Source: an uncultured bacterium (GTDB taxonomy: Bacteria > Verrucomicrobiota > Kiritimatiellia > RFP12 > CAIWXQ01). Taken from it: 64,000 nt of DNA. Where the stretch lies: assembly GCA_903916675.1 (NCBI GenBank), contig CAIWXQ010000008.1, forward strand, positions 48,270 to 112,269, in the 5' to 3' direction. Made by a program: the position numbers and the translations under genes. This document shows positions 20,460 to 30,484 of the stretch, piece after piece. A model generated the notes under the pieces. The model searched no databases and was not told the DNA's origin. It worked only from the letters and a program-made list of their open reading frames with translations. Within the stretch, counting starts at the first letter, position 1; each line of letters begins with the position of its first letter.

Positions 20460-21616
20460 TCAACGATTTTCCAGCTCTGCCTCGCAGCAACTCCGCACCT
20501 CTGTCACCGGAATCGCCAGCAGGCAGGCGGCCGGTTCTTCTCCGCAGGGTGCACGCTTGCGATTGCTGTAGTTGAGACACGGCCCGCACGGCGCTGCGCC
20601 GCAGAACACATGAACCCGTCCGGTGCCGACAGGTCCGTACCGCACCGGCGACTCCGGACCGAACAGCGCCACCAGCGGCGAGCCCATTGCCGCGGCCAGG
20701 TGCATCACGCCCGTGTCGTTGGTCAGCACCAGCCGGCAGCGCCGCAGCACCGCTGCCAGCGTTGCCAGGTCCGTGCGCCCCGCCAGGTTGCTTACGCGGC
20801 CGCGTCGCTCTGCTGGAATGAGGTTCCGCAGTTGTTCGGTGCGCTCGCGCTCACCGGCTGTCCCGGGGATCGCAATTCGCAGCTCCGGGTGCCGCCGCAG
20901 CAGCGCATCCGACACCTCTGCAAATCGCTCCAAAGGCCAGCGCCGCTGCACGCAAAGCTCCGCGGCGTGCGGATTGACCGCCATCCACGTCGTTCCCGTG
21001 GTCCCGCCGGATTCCGCCGCCAGCAGGGCTTCGGCCGCCGCTTCCGCAGGGACGGGTAGCGCCAGCGTCACGGCCGGCAGTTGCTGTTCATCCACGCCCA
21101 GCGGCTGCAGCAGGCGCGCTACGCAGGCGCAGAAATGACTCTCTTCGCAGAAAGCCGTGCCACCGTCGATCAGCCGCCGCCGCCACCATGCCGGCAGACC
21201 GAAACCCAGCCGAAAGCGCGCACCACTCAGCGCGCAGAAGAGCGTGCTGAGCCGGGAGAAGTACTCGATGTCCGCAATCACGTCTGCCCGCTGCTGTCGC
21301 AGTTTACGCAGCGCGCGGAAGCCATCGCGCACCAGAGTCCACGGGCTCGCCGTTGAGATCACCATCACTTCGTCCACTTCTGACAGCAGGCGCGCGGCCG
21401 CGGCAGGCCCCTCCAGCGCCACCACCATGATCCTCGCCTGCGGCTGGCTCCGGCGCAGCGCGCGCAACACGCCGGCGCACACCAGCAGGCTGCCAATCCC
21501 GGAAAGCTTCACGATCACAATCCGCTGCGGCGAGGCCGGCAGCAGGCGCGCCTTCCGCGGCAAGAATCCAAGCAGGGTGGCCAGCGGCCACCCGATCCAG
21601 GCATCCAGCCGACGCA
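20460..21616 (-). CDS. Glycosyltransferase family 9 (ADP-heptose:LPS heptosyltransferase-like)
   Basis: C-terminal GT9 signature (LVLTNDTGVMHLAAAMGSPLVALFGPESP). The start is chosen at MRRLDAWIGW; the longer ORF overlaps the upstream gene. Confidence 0.7.
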
Positions 21617-21661
21617 TACGTTCCAAGGAAATCACGTACTCACCCTCGCAAACCGAAGAGA

Positions 21662-22606
21662 CTACTGCAGCGTCAGGTCCATGTTCAGCCGGTGGCGGCG
21701 GAGCCGAAAGACACCGCTGGGCGCGGGCGTTTTCGCGCCGGCGCGGCTGAGATCGAGCGGCTCGCCACTCCAGACCGTCCAGCCGCGCGGTGCGGCGCGG
21801 GCGCAGACCGCGCACAGGACGTCGAGAAACTTCTCCTCGCCGCGCCAGAACGGCAGCGGCCCGAGGCGGCGCGCCAGCGGTGCGGCGCCGGCGCAATCCG
21901 GAGCAGGCCCGAAATCCGTCGGCGTCTCCTCGGTCGACGATGTCGAGCCCCAAAACGCGGCCGGATCGGCCGACAAAGGCGCCTCGGCTGCACAGGAATC
22001 TTGTTGGTCGGCCGAGCGCGACTCCGCTGCGCGATGCCCCAGCAGCTCGTCGCGGCCGATTCCGCGCAGCGCCAGTAGCAGCAGCGGATCGCGGTCAATC
22101 GCCTCGGCCAGCAGATAGCTCACCGCCGTCGCATGCTTGCAGAGCTCCGACCAGTCCGGACAACTGCATTCCACCCGCAGATCCTCCCGCTGTTCCGGAA
22201 CGAGCGGACACCCCGCCGCGCAAAACAACTCCTCCACCTCCGGCGGAAGGTCGCGCACCAGCAGCCGCGCAACCAGGATCGGCCGGCGCAGGAGCGCTGC
22301 CAGGACCTTGCGCCGCCCGGCCTCGTCGAGCGTGCGGAACCGAAGCGCCACGCGGTACGGCTGCGGACTGGCGCCCTGCACGCAGGCCTCGACTGCGCCC
22401 ACAATCGGCTGCAGCTCCGCCACCTGCCCCGACGCGGCATAGCTGCGCCCGCGCCCGAGCCGCGGCCCGACTACGAGCTTCTCGATCAGCGCCATCCAGC
22501 GCGCCCCCCATCCGCGGCGCACGTGCCGCCCCCGGCCCGTCTGCGCCCGGATGCCGCCGGTCACGGAGATCGGGATGCGGGGGGCGTGTTTTTTGCGTTT
22601 GCTCAT
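21662..22606 (-). CDS. SWIM zinc-finger protein
   Basis: CSCPDWSELCKH is a CxC...CxH SWIM motif. The gene lies immediately downstream of, and is co-oriented with, the SNF2 helicase. Confidence 0.75.
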   Translation of the reverse strand: MSKRKKHAPRIPISVTGGIRAQTGRGRHVRRGWGARWMALIEKLVVGPRLGRGRSYAASGQVAELQPIVGAVEACVQGASPQPYRVALRFRTLDEAGRRKVLAALLRRPILVARLLVRDLPPEVEELFCAAGCPLVPEQREDLRVECSCPDWSELCKHATAVSYLLAEAIDRDPLLLLALRGIGRDELLGHRAAESRSADQQDSCAAEAPLSADPAAFWGSTSSTEETPTDFGPAPDCAGAAPLARRLGPLPFWRGEEKFLDVLCAVCARAAPRGWTVWSGEPLDLSRAGAKTPAPSGVFRLRRHRLNMDLTLQ

Positions 22607-22621
22607 GGCACCCTGTGGTTT

Positions 22622-25600
22622 CTACTGATCCGCCTCATCCACCACCATTTCCGGCGCCAGCGCCAGCGCGGTCTTCAGCTCTTCGTCCGAGAGTTCCGTC
22701 AACCATGCCTCGCCTCGGCCGATCACATCCTCGGCCACGGCGCGCTTGGCCTCAATCAGCGCATCAATGCGGTCCTCCAGCGTGCCGGCGCAAACGAATT
22801 TGTGCACCAGCACGTTGCGCGTCTGGCCAATACGGAAGGCGCGATCCGTAGCCTGGTTCTCCACGGCCGGATTCCACCAGCGGTCGAAATGAAACACATG
22901 GCTGGCATGGGCGAGGTTGATCCCCGTGCCGCCCGCGCGCAGCGACAGCACAAACACCGGCGGGCCGTCCGCCGACTGAAATGCCGCCACCATACGGTCG
23001 CGCTCGAGCAACGGCACGCCGCCGTGCAGGAAGAGCGGCTCAAAACCGAACGTCTGGCCGAGATGCCGCTGCAGCAACCCGCCCATGTGGGCAAACTGCG
23101 TAAAGACCAGCGCGCGGTCGCCGCTGTCGACAACCTCCTCCAGCATCTCGGTCAGCCGAGCCATCTTCCCGGAACGGCCGGCCAGCTCGGTGTCCGACCC
23201 TTCTGCGCGCGGCGCAGCGGCAGGAGCGTCGTCGCCCGCGCGGGAACCACGCGGCCCATCCGGATCTCTGCCCAGGTAGTTCAGCGGATGGTTGCAGATC
23301 TGCTTGAGGCGCGTGAGCGTAGCCAGCACGAGGCCACGCCGCGCGATCCCCGCGGCGCCGGATAGCCCCGTCTCCAGTTCCCGCAGCGCCGCAGCGTAGA
23401 GCACGGCTTGCTCGCGGGTCAGCGGACAGTAGACCTTGCCCTCGATCTTTTCCGGCAGGTCGGCAATGATCGTGCGGTCGGTCTTGAGCCGCCGCAGGAC
23501 GAACGGCGCAGTGGCGCGACGCAGCCGCTCGCGGGCCGCCGGGTCGATCCCGGACTGGATCGGCCGCAGGAAGCGGTCGCGGAAGGCTGTGCGCGAGCCG
23601 AGCAGGCCGGGGTTGAGGAAGTCCATGAGGGACCAGAGGTCGCCAACGTGGTTCTCGACCGGCGTGCCGGTGAGCGCCAGGCGGTAGTCGGCCGTCAGTG
23701 CGCGCGCCGCCTGCGACTGGCGCGTATCGGGGTTCTTGACGTTCTGCGCCTCGTCGAGAATCACGCCAGCCCACTTCACGCGCCGCAGTGTGGCATAGTC
23801 ACGCGGCAGCAGCGCGTAGTTCGTCACCACCAGCGCGTGGCGGGCCGCCTCCTCCACAAAGGCTTCGCCGAAACAGCGCTCCGGTCCATGGTGGCGCAGG
23901 ACCGTCAACCCCGGCGTGAAGCGCGCGGCCTCGCGCTGCCAGTTGCCGAGGACGGAGGACGGACAGACGAGCAGCACGGGGCGCGTCTCGCCGCGCTCCC
24001 GCTCGCGCGCCAGCAGCGCCAGCGCCTGGATAGTCTTACCGAGCCCCATGTCGTCCGCGAGGCATGCACCCAGCCCCCAACTGCGCAGGAACGCCAGCCA
24101 CGCAAGGCCGTGCCGCTGGTACGGCCGCAGCTCGCCGCAAAAGCCCTGCGGCAAGGGAAGCTCTTCCAGGGCCGTCTCGCCGCGCATGCGACTGGCCAGT
24201 TCCTGAAGCCAACCCTGCGCAGCCACGCCGCCCACACGCAGGCCGTGCGCGTCCTGATCCACGCCGATCATCAGGCGCACCAGATCGCCGGCGCTGCGCG
24301 TCTCGTCCTTCTGGCGTCGCAGCAGCCGCAGCGCCTCGTCGGTCTGCCGGCCGTCGAATTCGATCCAGCGGCCGTGGAAATGCATGAGCTTCTCGCCGCT
24401 GCGTCGCAGCGCTTCCAGTTCTTCGATGCTGACCGGTTCGCCGGCCAGCGCGACCTGCCAGTTCACGGAGACCAACGACGCCAGCGTGCAACGCCGCGGA
24501 TCGGCCGGCGCTCCGTCCCGCGCCTGCGCAAGCAGTTCGAGGCGCGGCCGACGACCGTCACCGCGCCACCAAGCCGGCGTGGCTACGCCGAACCCGGCGG
24601 CCTCGAGCAGCGGCGCATACGTTGTCAGGAATTCATGGGCCTCGCCGGTGGTCAGCGCGCAGCCGGTTGTGGTGTCGTGCGTGCCGTCGCCGCGCCCGAG
24701 CGGCGGATAGAGCGCTGCCGCCTGCCCCAGCGATGTCAGCGCAAATTCGCCGCCCTCCGCGGCCAGGGGCCGTGCCTGCTCCGGGTGCGCGAACGGCTGA
24801 ACCAGACAGCTCAGGAACCAGCGACCCGGCGCGTGGCTGGTGGGCTCCTCCAGCCGCAGCAGCAGCCGGGTGTCAGCGTGCGACGCCAGGTCGACCGGCC
24901 GCCGCCAGGCGTTGATCTCCGTGGCCAGTGCGGCCAATTCGTCTGCTCGATCCCAGCGCACCATGCGGCCGTCGCCACGCAACGAGGCAAGCCAGGCATC
25001 GTGCGCGCTGAAGTAGCGCCCCTTGTTGGCATAGGCGCGGGAGAGCGTGGTGACGGCAGCGAAGCGCACAAGCCAGTCCACGGACTCGGCCACAAACGCC
25101 TCGGCCGCAGCGGTTGGGGTTGCGGCGGGCATGGCCGCAGCCGTCGCGGTGAGGCATCGCGCCGCAGCCGGCAAACGCGCGGCAAGGTGAAAGAGGCGGT
25201 GGCGGTCCCCGCCGTCGAAGGCCGGCTGCCAGCGCGATTCGTAGCGTCCGCCGCAGTCAACCAGCGCCGGCAGGAATGCTTCGCGAGCTGTCAGCGCGCC
25301 GGCATAGCGGAAAATCTCAGCCCAGACGCGAAGATCCTCTCCGGCTGTTACGCCGGGAGCCAGGCGGCGGTCATGGTCGCGGCAGGCGTTGAACAGGGCG
25401 AATTGCGCACGCCAGGAGAGCGGCAGGGCGGTCACCTGCCACGGCGCCAGCGTCGTGCCCGCTGCCGCATCGCCGGAAAAGCGCCAAACCTCGCGTGAGT
25501 GCACCAGCCGGCCGGCGATGGTGGGAAGCCATGCGGTCCGCGCAACAAAATCGTGGTCCAGCGGCGCGTCCGGGATCTTCTGCCAGGCGGCCAGCAAGCC

Positions 25601-25738
25601 GTCCTCGCCGGGGTCGCAAGGCGAAGGGGGGGCTCCGGAACCGACCGGGGCGGGCGGCAGAGCTTCCGCCTCTGTGGACCATTGTTCGGCCCACAGATGC
25701 AGCGCGCCCTCCAGCCACGAACCATGCAGAACGATCAC
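22622..25738 (-). CDS. SNF2/RAD54-family helicase with a large N-terminal extension
   Basis: DEXD box (LADDMGLGKTIQ, VILDEAQNVKN) and helicase-C motifs (FTQF...GGTGINL...). 1038 aa. Confidence 0.85.
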   Translation of the reverse strand: MIVLHGSWLEGALHLWAEQWSTEAEALPPAPVGSGAPPSPCDPGEDGLLAAWQKIPDAPLDHDFVARTAWLPTIAGRLVHSREVWRFSGDAAAGTTLAPWQVTALPLSWRAQFALFNACRDHDRRLAPGVTAGEDLRVWAEIFRYAGALTAREAFLPALVDCGGRYESRWQPAFDGGDRHRLFHLAARLPAAARCLTATAAAMPAATPTAAAEAFVAESVDWLVRFAAVTTLSRAYANKGRYFSAHDAWLASLRGDGRMVRWDRADELAALATEINAWRRPVDLASHADTRLLLRLEEPTSHAPGRWFLSCLVQPFAHPEQARPLAAEGGEFALTSLGQAAALYPPLGRGDGTHDTTTGCALTTGEAHEFLTTYAPLLEAAGFGVATPAWWRGDGRRPRLELLAQARDGAPADPRRCTLASLVSVNWQVALAGEPVSIEELEALRRSGEKLMHFHGRWIEFDGRQTDEALRLLRRQKDETRSAGDLVRLMIGVDQDAHGLRVGGVAAQGWLQELASRMRGETALEELPLPQGFCGELRPYQRHGLAWLAFLRSWGLGACLADDMGLGKTIQALALLARERERGETRPVLLVCPSSVLGNWQREAARFTPGLTVLRHHGPERCFGEAFVEEAARHALVVTNYALLPRDYATLRRVKWAGVILDEAQNVKNPDTRQSQAARALTADYRLALTGTPVENHVGDLWSLMDFLNPGLLGSRTAFRDRFLRPIQSGIDPAARERLRRATAPFVLRRLKTDRTIIADLPEKIEGKVYCPLTREQAVLYAAALRELETGLSGAAGIARRGLVLATLTRLKQICNHPLNYLGRDPDGPRGSRAGDDAPAAAPRAEGSDTELAGRSGKMARLTEMLEEVVDSGDRALVFTQFAHMGGLLQRHLGQTFGFEPLFLHGGVPLLERDRMVAAFQSADGPPVFVLSLRAGGTGINLAHASHVFHFDRWWNPAVENQATDRAFRIGQTRNVLVHKFVCAGTLEDRIDALIEAKRAVAEDVIGRGEAWLTELSDEELKTALALAPEMVVDEADQ

Positions 25739-25792
25739 GGCAACTTTCCCCCCGCGTTCGCCGGACCGCCCTGGCTTCAGGCTGCGGCGAAC

Positions 25793-25810
25793 AGATCAAT
25801 ATACGCGACC
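25793..25810 (-). promoter_or_regulatory. Conserved motif AGATCAATATACGCGACC (copy 1), 55 bp upstream of the SNF2 start; candidate promoter element
   Basis: An 18/18 identical copy occurs at 27258-27275 and a 13-bp related copy at 59129-59141. On the gene strand it reads GGTCGCGTATATTGATCT, which contains a TAnnTTGA box. Confidence 0.3.
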
Positions 25811-26023
25811 GGTAGAAATTGAACAACCGAGGAACCGTTGCCTGTGTAATGGGTCAGTTACGGAGGCGGCGCCCCCGCGGCCTTGCGCCGCGGGTGAAGA
25901 AGTTCTGGAGGAAAGGAGAACCGCGCGCCTTTTCTACAGAACTTTCGGTTCGGCGGGGCCGCCCCCCATAATTGAGGCCTTACTTGCCTGTTGCCGCTAT
26001 CGCCGGCAGCCCCGGAAGAGTTG

Positions 26024-27202
26024 CTATGCCCGTTCAGCCCGAAGAGCTGTAGCGTAGAGGATGGTTTCGCTATTGCCGGGCGCATGGTGGCCAAGGCGGA
26101 ACTGGTAGCCGAGGCCGAGGCCGTCAAGGAAACGGGGGATGGTGTCAAAGTCCTCCAGGCTGTGGTAGACGGCCACGGCCAGCTTCGGGCGGTGTGCGCG
26201 CAGGGTCTGCTCTGCGCCCTTGAGCGTTGGCAGCTCCGCGCCTTCGACGTCGAGCTTGATCAGGTCGAGCCCTGGCAGGTTCCGCCGCGCGAGAAAATCA
26301 TCGATGGCCAGCGTCTCGGCCACGCAGGCGCCGTTGCCCGGGTCCTCGAAGGAAACCCGCGCGCCGCCGCCGGCGTACTGGCAATAAACCGGCAACCCGG
26401 AGCGGTCCCAGAGCGCCGCGGACACGATTTCCACGCGGTCACAAAGGTCCGGATTGCGCGCCAGGTTTTCGCGCAGCATGGCGGCGTGCGCAGGAATGAA
26501 TTCAAAGGCGAAAACCCGGCCAGCAGCGCCGACGCGGCTGGCCATCCAAAGGGCGGTCTCGCCCTTGAAGGCACCGCCATCCAGCACGATGTCGCCCGGC
26601 TCCGCGCGGACTTCAGCGTGCTCGTACTGGTCGAGCATCAGCAGATCGGTCAGGACCAGCCGGTGGCTGACGCACTGCACAGGGAACCGCAGCGCGGGAA
26701 ACGGACGGAAGTCGAACAGGGCCTCGCCGTGCCCCGCGCCAGGTGCGGGGACGCCCTGCCGGAGCGCGGCGCGCAGGGGCGGCAGGTTACGGCGCATGCG
26801 CTCCGCGCTGCCGGGAATGGAGATGCGGCGCGGGCCAAGTAGACGCAGGGCAGCCACGTGTGCCAGCAGGTCGCGCCCGGCCGGATCCAGCCGGTCATGC
26901 AGAAAGGCGAATCGTTCGAGGATTTGCGAGCGCAGACGCTGCGTTCCTGGTTTGCGGAGCAGCCACGCCAGGCGCGCCTCCGGTCGCCAGCGGAACGGCA
27001 GCGCGGCCAGACATTCTAAAAACCGCTCCACGCAATCCCGCGACGTGTCGCGCAGCCACAGCGCGGCCCGACGCGGCCAAGAGGCAATGCTCAAGCCGAG
27101 CGCGCGCGGGGCAAACTCGCTCCGCCGGTTAAAACGAAAGACGTTGGTCAGCAATGTTCGATCTAGGCAGGCCTGAAATGTCTCTGCAGCTTCGCAAGGC
27201 AT
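26024..27202 (-). CDS. FkbM-family methyltransferase with an extra N-terminal domain
   Basis: The C-terminal 200 aa match FkbM (VLDGGAFKGETALWMA...LIKLDVEGAE). The start is chosen at the internal Met MPCEAAETF so that the conserved upstream motif lies 5' of the gene. Confidence 0.7.
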   Translation of the reverse strand: MPCEAAETFQACLDRTLLTNVFRFNRRSEFAPRALGLSIASWPRRAALWLRDTSRDCVERFLECLAALPFRWRPEARLAWLLRKPGTQRLRSQILERFAFLHDRLDPAGRDLLAHVAALRLLGPRRISIPGSAERMRRNLPPLRAALRQGVPAPGAGHGEALFDFRPFPALRFPVQCVSHRLVLTDLLMLDQYEHAEVRAEPGDIVLDGGAFKGETALWMASRVGAAGRVFAFEFIPAHAAMLRENLARNPDLCDRVEIVSAALWDRSGLPVYCQYAGGGARVSFEDPGNGACVAETLAIDDFLARRNLPGLDLIKLDVEGAELPTLKGAEQTLRAHRPKLAVAVYHSLEDFDTIPRFLDGLGLGYQFRLGHHAPGNSETILYATALRAERA

Positions 27203-27257
27203 GCGGCACCTTTCTCTTCTCCCGCCCCAGACCGCTCCCTGCGGCCGGCGACAAGGA

Positions 27258-27275
27258 AGATCAATATACGCGACC
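27258..27275 (-). promoter_or_regulatory. Conserved motif AGATCAATATACGCGACC (copy 2) in the divergent FkbM/unknown-gene intergenic region
   Basis: Exact 18-bp match to 25793-25810. It lies 56 bp upstream of the proposed FkbM start at 27202. Confidence 0.3.
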
Positions 27276-27357
27276 ACGTGGTTTTGGACAATCGGGAGCG
27301 CGGGCGCACCGCCTTGACCCATCCCCCTGCCCATGCTAGCGTTGGGCTACCCTGCGT

Positions 27358-28728
27358 ATGGATAGGAATGCTTCTGCGTTGCCGTATGCCACGACATCGA
27401 GATTGGGAGCCGACTGCATGAAGAAACCAGCGAAATCCGGAACGGGCAAGGCCCCGCCGACCCTGTGCGCCATCGAGAAATCGCTGGAGATCCCGGCGCT
27501 GCACGAATCCTGGCAACCGCGCTGGGATGAGTCGCAGGCAGCCTATCCCGGCCGCCGGATGGTGCTGTTCGACGACGCCTTCATCCGAGAAGCCAACGAC
27601 GTCATGCAGCTCCCCGGCGAGGTCCTGGCGCAGTTCCAGGAAGCGCTGGCCCTAGTCCGGTCGCGCGAAGACCTCTGCCGACTGCTGTGGCACGGCTATT
27701 ATCTGCTGTTCGTGGCGCCCACCCCGAAGGAGACATCCGAGATCATCATCGCCAACTGGCCGCTGCTGCCGCGCGCCATGGGGAAGCGGACAGGGATGTC
27801 GGGGCTGATCGCCTTGCTATTGGCGCTGCCGCGCACCCGGGCGTTCTACCGCGAACGGGGCATCCCGGAGCAGGTGTTGCGGGAGACGTTCACCGACATT
27901 CTGGTTTGGATGCAGCACTACTACCGGAAGCATGGCGTCTGGGGCCTAGGCGAAACCTGCTGGCTGGTGCATCATTTCAACTGCAACGTGTTCTCCGTTG
28001 GCCGACTCCAGTACACGATCGCCCCGCTGCCCAACCATATCCGGGTGTATCGCAGCCGGAAAACCGGCAAGGTGGTGGCCCTTTCCGGCGGCGGCGACAC
28101 GTATCGCAGCGATGGGCAGGTAAACGGTACCAACGGCGTGCACGACCCGCTGGGCGTCTGGGTCTCGACATTCGCCGCCGAAGGCCAGCGCGTCACGGGC
28201 AACCCGATCCTGCCATCAGGCAAGGCCGTGAACCGGGCCGTAACACTCTCTCTGCAGGAGTGGGCGCTCCAGCTGCAGGGCGGTGACACTATTTTTGAGG
28301 TCCACGTCCCTGAGGGGAGCAAGCTGCTTCACGAGGAGTGCATCCGGTCCTACCACGACGCGCTGGCTTTTTTCGCCCGGCACTTCCCGGAACGCCCGGC
28401 CAGGGGATTCGCCACGCACACCTGGCTGTTCGACCCGCAGCTGCACAACCTGCTGTCAATCGAGAAGTCGAACATCCTGAAGTTCCAGCTCGGTTACTAT
28501 CTGGTGCCCATCCTGGCGGAAGACGCCCAGGCTGTCGAGCGTGTGTACGGTTTCGGGCTCACGACCGTTGACGTACCGGTCGCGCGCCGCGACACGACCC
28601 TGCGGCGGACCATGGCCGAGTACATCATGGCCGGCAACCGCATGCGTTCCGTTGCCGGGTTCATGCTGCTCGACGATGTCGACAAGACGTACGGCTACTA
28701 TTGCGACAATTTCGCAGGCAGCCTGTAG
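27358..28728 (+). CDS. Hypothetical protein, possibly a DUF5596/GNAT-like acyltransferase-domain protein
   Basis: 456-aa soluble ORF with no strong motif I can verify. The resemblance to 'acyltransferase domain-containing protein' families is from memory only. The start may be MKKPAKS at 27418. Confidence 0.4.
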   Translation: MDRNASALPYATTSRLGADCMKKPAKSGTGKAPPTLCAIEKSLEIPALHESWQPRWDESQAAYPGRRMVLFDDAFIREANDVMQLPGEVLAQFQEALALVRSREDLCRLLWHGYYLLFVAPTPKETSEIIIANWPLLPRAMGKRTGMSGLIALLLALPRTRAFYRERGIPEQVLRETFTDILVWMQHYYRKHGVWGLGETCWLVHHFNCNVFSVGRLQYTIAPLPNHIRVYRSRKTGKVVALSGGGDTYRSDGQVNGTNGVHDPLGVWVSTFAAEGQRVTGNPILPSGKAVNRAVTLSLQEWALQLQGGDTIFEVHVPEGSKLLHEECIRSYHDALAFFARHFPERPARGFATHTWLFDPQLHNLLSIEKSNILKFQLGYYLVPILAEDAQAVERVYGFGLTTVDVPVARRDTTLRRTMAEYIMAGNRMRSVAGFMLLDDVDKTYGYYCDNFAGSL

Positions 28729-28805
28729 ACGCTCTGCGATCGTAGGTTTCGCGGTTCACACCAGCCGGACACCGCACGGCGTCAGGGCCTCCGAAGCTTT
28801 CCCCA

Positions 28806-29651
28806 CTACGCCGGATTTCCGCCGGGCGCCGGCGGGGGGGCAGGACGGAGCGGCTGTGGCGCACGTCGGGGATTGAGTCGCCGGAAGGCATCTTCCGCCA
28901 GACCGGAAATCAGATACAGGCAAGAAGCGATCAGGATCGTCCGGGGCGGGTTGATCAAGATCAGGACGACAATGATCACCACTACTGGGAGAATCCAGAA
29001 TGGTTTCTTCCCCTTCAGCTTCATGACTTCCTTGAGCGAATGGTAGCGCACGGTGCTGACCATCAGCAGCCCCAGCAGGAGCGCCAACCCCAGAAATGCG
29101 TATTCGAGCCACGGGAACTGGATGCGGTCCTCGATGCAGACCAGGATGCCGGAAGCCAGGATGGTGGCGGCGCTAGGCGTGGGGATCCCCGTAAAACTCC
29201 GGCTCTCGGCGTTGTCCACCTGTACGTTGAAGCGGGCCAGCCGCAACGCCGCCATCAGCACGAAGAAGAGCGAGACCGCCCATCCGCCGCGCCCGAGCTC
29301 GTGCAACCCCCAGCTGAAGATCAGGATGGCGGGTGCCACGCCGAACGTGACCATGTCTGAGAGCGAATCAAGTTGCATGCCGAACTTGCTGGTGCTGTTG
29401 GTCAGGCGCGCCACCCATCCATCCAGCGCATCGGAGATGTTAGCGAACAGGATGGCCCAGGCCGCATAGGAGAAATACCCGGCGGCCTGCGCGTCCGCGG
29501 CGCAGGCCGCGCCCTTGAGCGAGGAGAGGATCGAGTAAAACCCCAGCGTCATGCCGCAGAGCGTGATGCTGTTGGGGATGAGGTAGATGCCTTTTTTCAC
29601 GTGCCTACGCCTTTCCCGAAGTGGACACAAATTCCTTTTCGGGTTCGGCAT
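28806..29651 (-). CDS. pssA: CDP-diacylglycerol--serine O-phosphatidyltransferase (CDP-alcohol phosphatidyltransferase family)
   Basis: DALDGWVAR...SLSDMVTFGVAPA signature with multiple TM segments, directly downstream of psd. Confidence 0.8.
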   Translation of the reverse strand: MPNPKRNLCPLRERRRHVKKGIYLIPNSITLCGMTLGFYSILSSLKGAACAADAQAAGYFSYAAWAILFANISDALDGWVARLTNSTSKFGMQLDSLSDMVTFGVAPAILIFSWGLHELGRGGWAVSLFFVLMAALRLARFNVQVDNAESRSFTGIPTPSAATILASGILVCIEDRIQFPWLEYAFLGLALLLGLLMVSTVRYHSLKEVMKLKGKKPFWILPVVVIIVVLILINPPRTILIASCLYLISGLAEDAFRRLNPRRAPQPLRPAPPPAPGGNPA

Positions 29652-29682
29652 CGGTATCGCAATCGACCCCGATGCCGATACC
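29641..29682. repeat. ATCGG-hexamer palindromic hairpin element (copy 1) in the psd-pssA junction
   Basis: GGCATCGGTATCGCAATCGACCCCGATGCCGATACC. It is related to the elements at 37791-37862 and 54106-54172. Confidence 0.4.
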
Positions 29683-29701
29683 GCCCTCGATCAGATGCCG
29701 A

Positions 29702-30391
29702 TCATTCTCGATGACTTGTGCGTCCCGATCCCTGCTCCATCACCGCCAGGATCGTTTCGCCGGCCCTGACACGCGTGCCAACCGCCACTTGCGCCACGCT
29801 GTCCGCCGGCAGGTAGAGATCCACCCGCGAGCTGAACTTGATAATGCCAAACCGTTCACCCTGCCGCAGTGCGGCGCCCGGGCCGACACGGCAGACCGTG
29901 CGGCGCGCAAGGAACCCCGCCACCTGCCGCACGAGGATCCGGCCGTGCGCGCTCTCCAGCACCAACTCGTTGTTTTCGTTGCGGATCGACGCGCCTTCGC
30001 GGTAGGCAGCGAAGTGTTTCCCCGTATTGTGGCGCGAGGAGACGACCGTGCCGGCGCAGGGCGCGCGGTTGACGTGTACATCGGCGGGTGACATGAAGAT
30101 GCTAATCTGCAGACACGGCTTGTGGAAGTAGCGCGCCTCCACAACCTGTCGCACCACGATGATCCGGCCGTCCGCAGGCGAGACAAAGGCGTCCAGCCGG
30201 TCCGGCGTCTTCCGCTCCGGATCGCGGAAGAAATAGAGCATGAAGCCCGCCAGCGCCACCAGCACCAGGGTCGCCAGCGCCACGGCTCCGTCCCAGGCCC
30301 CGCCGCAGACCCGCGCCGTCATTGCCATGCCCAGCGACAGCAAGGCCAGGGTCCCGACAAATGGATGTCCTTCCGGCGCGATCTTGAACAT
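29702..30391 (-). CDS. psd: Phosphatidylserine decarboxylase proenzyme (short PSD form)
   Basis: 229 aa with an N-terminal TM segment, then a PSD fold ending GERFGIIKFSSRVDLYLP (the GxS self-cleavage region). Confidence 0.85.
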   Translation of the reverse strand: MFKIAPEGHPFVGTLALLSLGMAMTARVCGGAWDGAVALATLVLVALAGFMLYFFRDPERKTPDRLDAFVSPADGRIIVVRQVVEARYFHKPCLQISIFMSPADVHVNRAPCAGTVVSSRHNTGKHFAAYREGASIRNENNELVLESAHGRILVRQVAGFLARRTVCRVGPGAALRQGERFGIIKFSSRVDLYLPADSVAQVAVGTRVRAGETILAVMEQGSGRTSHRE

Positions 30392-30484
30392 GCAGCGAAC
30401 TCCGTTGCGTTTGCGCGAAATTGCAATCTAGTCCGCCCTTCTGCCCGGGGCAAGGCTTTTCCCAGCACACGGGCAGTATCCAGA

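Noticed and set aside
25830-25960. GC-rich hairpins (GGCGGCGCCCCCGCGGCC..., GGCGGGGCCGCCCC) between the FkbM and SNF2 genes, considered as an sRNA.
   Set aside because: Most simply the terminator region of the FkbM gene on the minus strand. No independent promoter or conservation evidence.
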